Source: an uncultured Gemmatimonadales bacterium (GTDB lineage: Bacteria > Gemmatimonadota > Gemmatimonadetes > Longimicrobiales > RSA9). From it: a DNA stretch of 64,000 nt. The stretch's first letter is position 1. Every line of letters begins with the position of its first letter. Below, piece after piece: positions 9,163-17,564 of this stretch. Position numbers and translations under genes: made by a program. Below the pieces are notes generated by a model. The model ran no database searches. It worked only from the letters and a program-made list of their open reading frames with translations, and was not told the origin of the DNA. The stretch lies in contig CAWCRS010000007.1 of the NCBI GenBank assembly GCA_963798085.1, positions 128,001-192,000 of the forward strand. The letters are read 5' to 3'.

Positions 9163-12003
9163 TCAGTGCGGCGAGGCGAGCCGCAGCCGGGTGAGGCGCC
9201 GGCGGGCGTCGACCATCGAGACGAGATCGGGCTCGGCATCGCGCCAGCCGTCCAGGAAGCGCTGATAGGCGCGCGCCGCCAGCTCGGCGTCGTTGCGCCG
9301 CTCCTCGATAATACCGAGTTGGTAGGGCGCGATGCGCCAGTAGACGACGACCTCCGAACCAAAGCTCTCGCCACGTGCCAGTTCGTCGTAGAGCGACGCG
9401 GCGCGCTCGAGGTCGCCTGCCGCCGCGAGGCCGTGCGCCAGTGATTCCATCGTGAATCCTGTGTTGTCCGCACGCATGGCGATCTCCAGGTGCGAGACCG
9501 CCTGCTGCGCCTCGCCGTGCGCCACCAGCAGCTCCCCGCGCAGACCCTCGAGCGCCGAGAGGTCCGCAGCGCTGCCCTCGTGAGCGCGTCGCTCCAGCTG
9601 CCCGGCCAGTGCCTCGGCCGGTTTCACGTTGCCGGACCGGGCCAGCGCCTTGCCCAGCCAGAACAGCAGTGTCGGCTCCATGTCCGTGCGCCGGCCCACC
9701 GCGAGCGCGGAGTCCAGCTGCTCGCGCGCCTCTCCTCGCCGGCCACGCTCATCCAGCACGGTTGACAGCAGCATGCGATTGCGGATTTCCGTGACGCCGG
9801 CCTGGTTCAGGCGGGCGAGGAGCACGGCATCCGTGAGGTAGCGCGTCGCCTCCGTATAGTGACCCTGGTAGATGGCCAGGAACGCGAGCGAGCGATCACC
9901 GCGCGCCCGCGACAGCTGATCGCTGTTCAGCAACCGCGTGAACACCGCAGCGGCCGAGTCCGGTTGCCCGAGCAGAACGTACGTGGTGCCGTACTCGAGA
10001 TTGAGATTGTTGTTCGCGGTCTCCAGTGCCGGCATCAGCGCGAAGCCACGGTGGTAATCGCGCAGTGCGTTCTCGAGATTGCCCTGCTGCTTCTCGATCG
10101 CAGCGAGATTGAGCCACGCCGTGTGATCCATGCTGTCGATCGCCAGCACCTGCTGGAACGCGCTGGCGCCATCCGCCGTCTGGCGCATGCGCATGTAGTT
10201 GTAGCCAAGGAAATTCAGCGCATCCAGATCGTCGGGGTGGCCGAGCAGCCAGGAGCGCGCCAGCACCACCGCGCCCTCGCGGTTGCCGCGCCATGCTTCG
10301 ATGCGCGCGCGGATCATCACACGCTCGCGTTCCGGCAATGCATCGAGATGCGCGAGCGCGTGCTCGAAGCAGGCATCGCCATCCTTCTGCTGGTTGATCC
10401 AGAAGTTCAGGCCGCCCAGACCCGCCCAGGCACTGGCAAAGCTGCTGTCCAGCGCGATCGCTCGCTGATAGAGCGCCTTCGCCTCCGAGAGCTGGTTGCG
10501 GTCGAAGGCGCGACCCGCATCGGCAAAATTGTGCAGCGCGTCCAGTGAACGCGTTGTTACCTGGGGCAGCGCGACGGTGTGCGTTACCAGCGACAGCAGG
10601 GGCTCACCGAGATCATGCCGCAGCTTGCGTCCCAGCCGGTCGAGCGCATCGATCACGCCCGCGCGATCCGATGCATTCACCGAGGACAGATGCAGCACCG
10701 CGCCGCTCGCGGGATCCAGCAGGCGGGCCGTGATCTCGAAGCCGCTGTTGGCGCGCTCAATGCCGGGGACCAGCACCAGATTCACGCCTTCGCGCTGCGC
10801 CACCTCGCGCCCCAGCGCCTGGTTCAGCACGCTGTCCGCGCGCGTGCGCCGCATGCGCAGCAGCGCCTGCTGGATGCGGTCCGGCGCCATGATGTTGATG
10901 CGCGTCGACTGCGAGAGCGAAGCGGCCAGCGCCAGCGGCAGCGTGTGATCGAACACGGCGTCGCCGGTGGCGTTCTCCGCGTCCGTGATGAGCAGCCACG
11001 CGCGCGGGCCGCTGTAGTGCGCGGACTGCAGCTGCATGCCCACCGTGACCACGGCGGCAATGGCAAGGAGCGCGAGCGCAGCGAGCAGCGTCTGCCGTAC
11101 CCGGTGTTGCGCCGGTTGCCCGCGCACCGACGGCGGCGCCGCATGCGCAGCGGCGCTGGAAGACGCTGCGGCGCGTTCCGGCTCGAGTGCAGCAGGCGAC
11201 GATGCCGGTACGGTCGACGCCGACGCTTCCGCCGTCGCGGGGACTTCGACTCCCAATGCGGATGCCCTCGCGGCATCCGCCGGTGGCGGCGAGGCGACCA
11301 GCTTCGTCAGTGATGCGACGAAGCCGGCAATGGCAGCATCAGGTGGACCGCCCAGCTCATCGCGCACCATGGTCTCGTGGATGCGCGCGTGCCGCAGGGC
11401 GCCCGCCGGATCACCCGCCGCCGCCAGCGCCTGCATCAGCCCGAGCGCCAGTCGCGAATCCCAGGGCGAAAGAGCGGCCAGACGACGCCACGCGTGCACG
11501 GCGAGAGAAGCGTCGCCTGCATCCGTGGCTTTCTTCGCGAGCGTCTCGAGCGCCCGCTGCGCGCGCTGCGCCATCAGGGCCCGCTGTTCTTCCACCCAGC
11601 GCTCGAACTCCGCGCAACCCGTGAGGAAGAAGCCGTCGAGGAAGGGGCCCGTGTACAGATCCGCCGCACGCGCATGATCGCCGCGCTCGAGCGCGGCATC
11701 GAATTCCGCGATGTCGCTGGACAGGACCGAGCTGTCGAGGCGCAACGCCGTGGCGCTGCCAGCCACCACCTCCGCACCCAGCTCACGGCGCAACCCGTAG
11801 AGCAGCTGCGAGAGTGCGTGACGCGCGCGCTCTTCGTCGCTCTCCGGCCAGAGCAGCGCAACAATGCGGTCGCGGCTGATGCCACCGCCACTGGCGGCGA
11901 GCAGGGCGAGAACCGCCAGACGCCGCCGCTGCGTCGCGGCGCCGGTCAGCGGTCCGTCGGGCCCTTCGATCAGAGCACCGCCCAGAGTTCGCAATCTGAA
12001 CAT
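9163..12003 (-). CDS. SARP/BTAD-family transmembrane regulator with extracytoplasmic TPR region
   Basis: MFRLRTLGG wHTH start, LLWPESDEERARHALSQLLY, LYTGPFLDGF (BTAD), one TM helix, then VTTRSLDAL and TPR repeats. Confidence 0.88.
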   Translation of the reverse strand: MFRLRTLGGALIEGPDGPLTGAATQRRRLAVLALLAASGGGISRDRIVALLWPESDEERARHALSQLLYGLRRELGAEVVAGSATALRLDSSVLSSDIAEFDAALERGDHARAADLYTGPFLDGFFLTGCAEFERWVEEQRALMAQRAQRALETLAKKATDAGDASLAVHAWRRLAALSPWDSRLALGLMQALAAAGDPAGALRHARIHETMVRDELGGPPDAAIAGFVASLTKLVASPPPADAARASALGVEVPATAEASASTVPASSPAALEPERAAASSSAAAHAAPPSVRGQPAQHRVRQTLLAALALLAIAAVVTVGMQLQSAHYSGPRAWLLITDAENATGDAVFDHTLPLALAASLSQSTRINIMAPDRIQQALLRMRRTRADSVLNQALGREVAQREGVNLVLVPGIERANSGFEITARLLDPASGAVLHLSSVNASDRAGVIDALDRLGRKLRHDLGEPLLSLVTHTVALPQVTTRSLDALHNFADAGRAFDRNQLSEAKALYQRAIALDSSFASAWAGLGGLNFWINQQKDGDACFEHALAHLDALPERERVMIRARIEAWRGNREGAVVLARSWLLGHPDDLDALNFLGYNYMRMRQTADGASAFQQVLAIDSMDHTAWLNLAAIEKQQGNLENALRDYHRGFALMPALETANNNLNLEYGTTYVLLGQPDSAAAVFTRLLNSDQLSRARGDRSLAFLAIYQGHYTEATRYLTDAVLLARLNQAGVTEIRNRMLLSTVLDERGRRGEAREQLDSALAVGRRTDMEPTLLFWLGKALARSGNVKPAEALAGQLERRAHEGSAADLSALEGLRGELLVAHGEAQQAVSHLEIAMRADNTGFTMESLAHGLAAAGDLERAASLYDELARGESFGSEVVVYWRIAPYQLGIIEERRNDAELAARAYQRFLDGWRDAEPDLVSMVDARRRLTRLRLASPH

Positions 12004-12119
12004 CGGACGGCAGCCAGATGATGAGTTTGTGATACCGGGGTGACCTGCCCGGCTAACGTAGACCTCGCCCATGCGGCCCGCAAGCACGCGGCAGCGCCTT
12101 CGATAACCTCCGGTTGGTC

Positions 12120-13418
12120 GTGAACAGAATCGCCGTGGTCCACATCACCCTGCTGCTCTCGCTCACCGCCTGCGCCGCCGACGCGGCGAGGGATACCGCC
12201 AGCGCATCCGAGGGGGCGACGATCACTTCGCTCGCAGGAACGCGCTGGTCGTCGGTGAGCAGCGGCGAGCGCGACCTGTGCGCACTCACCGCCGAGGGTC
12301 GCGCCTGGTGCTGGAACGCGCAGAGCGGCGCGCCCCGCGCCGTCCCCGGCGATCACGTCTTCACCGCCATCAGCGTGGGTTCGCCGCGGAGCTGCGCCGT
12401 CCCCTCCCAGGCCACCTGCGGCGGCGACGAGAAGGTACACGTCTGCGCGCTCGAGCAGGACGGTGCCGCCTGGTGCTGGGGGGCCAATCAGTGGGGACAG
12501 CTGGGCGACGGCGACAGCACCGGGCACGACGAGCCGGTTCCCGTCAGCGGTGGCATCCGCTTCCGCTCCGTGGTCGCGGGCAGCGGCTTCACCTGCGGCG
12601 TCGCCACCGACGCAACGGCCTATTGCTGGGGCTACGACGGAAAGGGGGACCTGGGTACCGAGCGCGCTGGCATCGGACCCAACCCCATACCCCTTCCCGT
12701 TGCCCACAATGTGCGGGCGATTGCCGCCGGCGTCGACTTCGCCTGCGCACTCGACGGCGAGGGCAAGCCCTTCTGCTGGGGCGACGACTACCGGGCTCGC
12801 CTGGGCAGTGACGCCGCCGCCACCAGCGCGAGCGGCCGACCCGTGCCGGTGAACGGCACGTACCGCTTCGCGTCGCTGTCCGCGGGTCGCGCCCATGTCT
12901 GCGGCCTGACCAATGCGGGCAGCGCATTGTGCTGGGGCAGCAACTCGGACGGCGAGCTGGGCGGCAACGCGCAATCGCTCGAGTCCCGCGACCCGCTGGC
13001 CGTCCAGGCGCCCGCCTTCAGCACCATCAGCGCCGGCCTCGCCTTCCACACCTGCGGCATCGCGCAGAACGGCCAGGCCTGGTGCTGGGGCCGCGACAAC
13101 TCCGGCCAGCTGGGCGCCGGCGATGCACCCCACTCGACCTGCTATACCGATCCGTGCCGGCCCACACCCGCGCCCGTTTCCGGTAACACGAGATTTCGCT
13201 CGCTCAGTGCAGGCGCTGAATACACCTGCGGCGTCAGCGAACCCGGTGAGCTGTTGTGCTGGGGCCGCGCACCCATGCGTCGCTTTTATGCTCGCCCTGC
13301 GCGCACACCAGCGCGCGTGCTGACGGCCGGATCGCGGCCCGGCCCGACCGGCGGGCTGCGCACCGCATACGGCGGGGCGCAACTGGCCGGACCCGAACCC
13401 CTGCGGAGGATCCCATGA
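12120..13418 (+). CDS. RCC1-repeat lipoprotein
   Basis: Lipobox LTAC; multiple HxC...G.AWCWG.N..GQLG repeats; the C-terminus may be frameshifted. Confidence 0.85.
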   Translation: MNRIAVVHITLLLSLTACAADAARDTASASEGATITSLAGTRWSSVSSGERDLCALTAEGRAWCWNAQSGAPRAVPGDHVFTAISVGSPRSCAVPSQATCGGDEKVHVCALEQDGAAWCWGANQWGQLGDGDSTGHDEPVPVSGGIRFRSVVAGSGFTCGVATDATAYCWGYDGKGDLGTERAGIGPNPIPLPVAHNVRAIAAGVDFACALDGEGKPFCWGDDYRARLGSDAAATSASGRPVPVNGTYRFASLSAGRAHVCGLTNAGSALCWGSNSDGELGGNAQSLESRDPLAVQAPAFSTISAGLAFHTCGIAQNGQAWCWGRDNSGQLGAGDAPHSTCYTDPCRPTPAPVSGNTRFRSLSAGAEYTCGVSEPGELLCWGRAPMRRFYARPARTPARVLTAGSRPGPTGGLRTAYGGAQLAGPEPLRRIP

Positions 13419-13996
13419 GCAAACGAGCCCTGCTGTGCGCGGCCACTCTCCTGCTCGGGTGCGCGCTGCGGCCGCACACGGGCAACGCGCAGGAACGCCC
13501 GCACCTGCTGCGCATCGGCTTCGGTGGCGGACTCAGCGTGCCCACGAGTCACGCGGCCGACGCGCTCAAGAGCGGCGTGAACGGGCAGGCCTACGTGCTG
13601 CTCAATCCCGGCATCCCGCTGCGCTTCAACGTCGGTTACCAGAAATTCAACTTCAAGGACGCTCTCCTCGCCGGCGCCGGCGAAAACGGCAGCAGCCAGA
13701 TCCTGAGTGGCGTTGCCGGCCTCAGCATCAACCTCCTCCAGCTCGGTCCCATTCGCCCGTACATCACCGCCGGCGCCGGCGCTTTCAGTCTCAAGGACGA
13801 GTTCACGGCTGGCGGCACCAGCACGTCCACTACTAACACAAAGTTCGGCATTGATGGCGGTGGCGGCATTGCTCTCAGGCTGGGCCGTCTCGAGGCCTTC
13901 GTCGAAGGACGCGTGCAGAACGTGTACACGGACCAGGGCGTGATCGACACGAAGAGCATCCGCGCCGTACCCGTGACCTTCGGCATTCTGTTCTAG
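13415..13996 (+). CDS. Outer-membrane beta-barrel protein
   Basis: Signal peptide, RPYITAGAG, C-terminal Phe (VPVTFGILF). Confidence 0.8.
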   Translation: MSKRALLCAATLLLGCALRPHTGNAQERPHLLRIGFGGGLSVPTSHAADALKSGVNGQAYVLLNPGIPLRFNVGYQKFNFKDALLAGAGENGSSQILSGVAGLSINLLQLGPIRPYITAGAGAFSLKDEFTAGGTSTSTTNTKFGIDGGGGIALRLGRLEAFVEGRVQNVYTDQGVIDTKSIRAVPVTFGILF

Positions 13997-14132
13997 CAGT
14001 GCAGGCGACGACGGCGGCGAGTCCGGCGCCGTCCGTCCGTACCATGTCAGCGAAGCCGGACAGCGGATTGCTTGTCGGGGGTGGTGGCGCGCGTTAAGGT
14101 GGACGGGACCCCTTCTCGCGCAGGAGCATACC

Positions 14133-15413
14133 GTGGCCGCCACCCCCGCAATCCCGAGGTCAGCCGCACGCTCCAAGTCACGCCCACTCTCGAAGCCAGC
14201 CGCACGCCGGCAGCCAGGCGGACGTTCGAAGTCAGCCGCACGCTCGAAGTCAGCGGTACTCTCGAAGTCAGCCGCTCGCTCGAAGGCAGCGGCGCGCCGG
14301 CAGCCAGGCGCAGTACCTCCACGCGCGGCCCGCACCGCGTGCGCGAACCGCCAGTCACCCGAGGCACACCGGGACCGCGCTGCGTTCTGCCTGTCCCGAT
14401 TTCGCGCTCTCCTGTCTGCAGTCCTGCTTTGCGTGTTGAGCGCGCACGCAGTCATGGCCCAGGGCAACTCACAGTTCACGGTGCGCGGCCACGTGATCGA
14501 CCGCGGCCAGCAGACGGGCATCGCCCAGGCCACCGTGCGCCTGGGTGATAACCCGTCTGTCATCACGGGAGCCGATGGCAGCTTCATCATCCCGGGCGTA
14601 CACCCGGGCCCCTTCTCGCTCACGGTGGAAGCCCTCGGCTACCACACCGTGTACACGACCATGCGCGTGAGCGACGACATCAGCATCACCATCCGCATGG
14701 ATCCCGAGCCCATTCCCATCCAGGGCCTGAACGTGCAGCCTTCCCTGTTCAAGCTGCGCGGCCACGTGCTGGAAACCGGCGCGAACCGGGGCGCGTCCTA
14801 CCTCAAGGTGCGTCTGCCGAATGGCACGGAGACACTGACACGTGATGATGGCAGCTTCACCCTGGGCGGGCTGGCGCGCGGCACGCACCAGCTGGCAGTG
14901 GAAGGCTTCGGCTGGCTGCCGCTGCACGTGGAGGTGGACATGGAGTCCGACACCAGCATCGAGCTGCACGCGCAGCGCGATCCCATCACGGAGATCGTCA
15001 TACAGCAGCAGGTCGCGAAACTCTCCTCACGCATACGTTCGGAAGCGAAACCGCTGCGCGTGGTCGAGCGCGATGCGTTCCTCGACTCGCGCGCAGCCAC
15101 GCCCATCAATGTGCTCGTGGAGCGCGCCGGCGTCCGCGTGGTGGTCTGCCCGGGGAACCACCTGCCGTATTGCATCATGGGACATTCGGGCGGCATCGCC
15201 GAGCCCATGATCTACATTGACGACCGCGTGATTCCCTGCGGCGCAGCGGTGCTGGCTGGATACCCGAATGGCGCGATCGAGCGCATCGAGGTGCTGGACC
15301 ACGGGAGCATCATTCGAGCCTATACGCGCTGGTTCATCGAAGACATGGCCGCCGGCCGCGAAGTAGCGCAGCCGATCCCGCCCTACGACCACGCGTTCAA
15401 GTGCACGACATGA
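14133..15413 (+). CDS. Protein with two carboxypeptidase-regulatory-like domains and a TonB-plug-like C-terminus; start uncertain
   Basis: VRGHVID...TGADGSFII...LTVEALGY motif occurs twice; IYIDD...IERIEVL. AGGAG precedes GTG 14133. Confidence 0.75.
   Translation: MAATPAIPRSAARSKSRPLSKPAARRQPGGRSKSAARSKSAVLSKSAARSKAAARRQPGAVPPRAARTACANRQSPEAHRDRAAFCLSRFRALLSAVLLCVLSAHAVMAQGNSQFTVRGHVIDRGQQTGIAQATVRLGDNPSVITGADGSFIIPGVHPGPFSLTVEALGYHTVYTTMRVSDDISITIRMDPEPIPIQGLNVQPSLFKLRGHVLETGANRGASYLKVRLPNGTETLTRDDGSFTLGGLARGTHQLAVEGFGWLPLHVEVDMESDTSIELHAQRDPITEIVIQQQVAKLSSRIRSEAKPLRVVERDAFLDSRAATPINVLVERAGVRVVVCPGNHLPYCIMGHSGGIAEPMIYIDDRVIPCGAAVLAGYPNGAIERIEVLDHGSIIRAYTRWFIEDMAAGREVAQPIPPYDHAFKCTT
14155..14316 (+). 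repeat. Nine degenerate 18-bp tandem units (consensus CGAAGTCAGCCGCACGCT)
   Basis: Units start at 14155, 14173, 14191 ... 14299; they translate as SKSAAR-like repeats in the 14133 frame. Confidence 0.85.
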
Positions 15414-15766
15414 GAATCTGGGATCTCGAGCCCGCATTGCTGTGTCGCTCGCATCTGCTGGGCGAGCATCGCGAGCTGCACGGTCTCTGGAACATCCTCA
15501 CGCAGAACAAGTCCGGCTACAGGAAGCATCCGGAAACGCGCCGCTGGGAAGGCAAGCTGGCCGCGCTGCACGCGCGCCATGAGGCACTGGTGCGCGAAAT
15601 GACGCGTCGCGGCTACCAGCATCGCTCCCCACTGGATCGCCGTCTCGCCAGGGGACGGCGCGTGCAGAACGACTACGTCGACACACCGTCGCGCCAGCGC
15701 GCGCTGCTCCGCGCCAAACCCTGCGATTGCCTGCTGCGCAAACCGCGCCTCGCCCGCGCCCGCTGA
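15410..15766 (+). CDS. Pyrimidine dimer DNA glycosylase/endonuclease V-like protein
   Basis: MRIWD...LCRSHLLGEHRELH...HEALVREMTRRGYQHRSPL signature; ATGA overlap with the upstream gene. Confidence 0.8.
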   Translation: MRIWDLEPALLCRSHLLGEHRELHGLWNILTQNKSGYRKHPETRRWEGKLAALHARHEALVREMTRRGYQHRSPLDRRLARGRRVQNDYVDTPSRQRALLRAKPCDCLLRKPRLARAR

Positions 15767-16102
15767 GCGACCGGGCTTGACGGCCCCCCGTCCGGGGCCG
15801 CCGGGCGGAACATGGCAGCATGGCCGTAACGGGATCGAAGGCGACGTCTCCTGTCCGCGTTCGTGACGCAATAGCCTGCGCGAATGCCGCCAGCTGTGCC
15901 GGCTGCACGCCAGCGGCCCCGGGTCAATCGTTCGCGCGCGGCCACTGATCATGCGGCGAAGCATGGGGCACCATGGAGACCTGGCGAGGCGCGGCCTGTA
16001 CGCAAACCACCGACGCAGCGTCGAGTCCTGCCCCATGGACGCACGCGGCGAAGCGGCCCAGATTGGCGACGAACCGGCCGGCCCAACCTGCGCGGAGGCG
16101 CC

Positions 16103-16585
16103 ATGTCGTCGAGACGTTCCACCATCAGCCAGGGCCTCATCGCCGGCCTGATCGGCTATTTCGTCTTCGTGCTCTTCTTCGCGATCCTCAACCTGAGCAC
16201 AGGCCGATCCATGCTGTTCACGCCCAACGCCCTCGGTAACGCGCTGTTTCGTCTGGGGGAGGCCCCCGGCATCACGAGTCCCGAGGCCGTCATGGCGTGG
16301 AACGGCGTGCACCTCGTTGCTTCCCTCACCATCGGGCTCATCGGCAGCCTACTCATCGTGGGCGTGGACCGCCATCCCGCGCTCTGGTACGTCGTGATGT
16401 TCCTCTTCATCGCGGGGCTCCTCTACAGCGTGGCCGTGGGTGGCGTAGTAGCACGCGAAATCGCTGGCGCTGTCACCTGGGGCCAGGTGGTAGCCGTGAA
16501 CGTGCTGGCCGCGTTCTTCTCCGGCCTCTACCTCTGGCGGGCGCACCCCACCATCCGGCAGCGAGTCCAGCGTCTGACCGACTGA
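16103..16585 (+). CDS. Hypothetical membrane protein (about 4 TM)
   Basis: GGAGG RBS; four hydrophobic segments. Confidence 0.75.
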   Translation: MSSRRSTISQGLIAGLIGYFVFVLFFAILNLSTGRSMLFTPNALGNALFRLGEAPGITSPEAVMAWNGVHLVASLTIGLIGSLLIVGVDRHPALWYVVMFLFIAGLLYSVAVGGVVAREIAGAVTWGQVVAVNVLAAFFSGLYLWRAHPTIRQRVQRLTD

Positions 16586-16641
16586 GTACAACGAACACAG
16601 TCCGGGCATCGCGGGTCGCAGATCTTCCCGCGACGAACCGG

Positions 16642-17060
16642 GCGTTCTGGTTTCCGGACGTCTGCCGTTCTGGTTTGCGGACCACCTTGGCGTTCAGGTT
16701 TCCGGACCGTCCTGCGTTCAGGTTTCCGGACCGTCTTGGCATTCTTGGGTTGTGCGCCAGTGGGCCATGCCAGTGTCCCGGCATGCAATGAAACATCTGT
16801 TTGCATGCACGACTGGGTCGCGGGCATGGTGGCGCCGGCCGGAAGGCAAGAACGCCAAGACGGTCCGAATTGCTGGTGTCCTGGACCCCCATGGCGCCTT
16901 GGGTTCTGCAGATTCTTCTCGGACCGTCTTGGCATTCTTGGGTTGTGCGCCAGTGGGCCATGCCAGTGTCCCGGCAAGCAATGAAACATCTGTTTGCATG
17001 CATGACTGGGTCGCGGGCATGGTGGCGCCGGCCGGAAGGCAAGAACGCCAAGACGGTCCG
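16642..17060. repeat. Two 141-bp MITE/REPIN-like units with terminal inverted repeats (16727-16867, 16920-17060), preceded by four ~24-bp degenerate tandem units
   Basis: The copies differ at 2 positions. Each starts CGGACCGTCTTGGCATTCTTG and ends CAAGAACGCCAAGACGGTCCG. Spacer is 52 bp. Confidence 0.9.
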
Positions 17061-17169
17061 AATATCCTTGAATGATGTCACTGTCGCGAATATATTCGCC
17101 AGAAATACATTAGCCTGCCGCCAGCATCCGGCGACATGGTGCAAGAAACACACAACGGCGGGAAACGCA

Positions 17170-17564
17170 ATGCGTGGACGAAGGGCGCTGGAGAGCGGGC
17201 CGGTCACGCCGCTGGCGTATCAATGCTGCTCGCGCTGGCCGGCAGTGAGCTGCATGGCTACGGCATCATCAAGGACATCGAGGAGCGCAGCGGTGCCGGG
17301 GCGGTGCCCAGCACCGGCGCGCTGTACCTGGCACTGCAGCGCCTGCAGGAGGCGGGGCTGGTGGAGGAATCGGGCTCGCGCCCCTCGCTGGAGGCGGATG
17401 ATGCGCGCCGCCGCTATTACCGGCTCACGCCCGAGGGTCGTGCCGCGGCGGTGGATGAGTCCGCGCGGCTGGCAGTGCTGGTTGGCGTGGCGCACGAGCG
17501 CCGGCTCATCAGCACGCGTGCACTGGCGAAGCTGCTGCCCACAGGAGGCGCGCATGGACGCTGA
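17170..17564 (+). CDS. PadR family transcriptional regulator (single-base indel near 17223)
   Basis: Joined frames read MRGRRALESGPVTPLAYQ-MLLAL...HGYGII...GALYLALQRL...RRRYYRLTPEG. Confidence 0.9.

Noticed and set aside
16727..17060. CRISPR array or complete IS element
   Set aside because: The 141-bp units have TIRs but no transposase, and do not fit CRISPR repeat/spacer sizes.
16801..17553. N-terminal extension of the permease (1167-aa ORF)
   Set aside because: It reads through non-coding repeats and out of frame across padR; the real start is ATG 17554 after AGGAGG.
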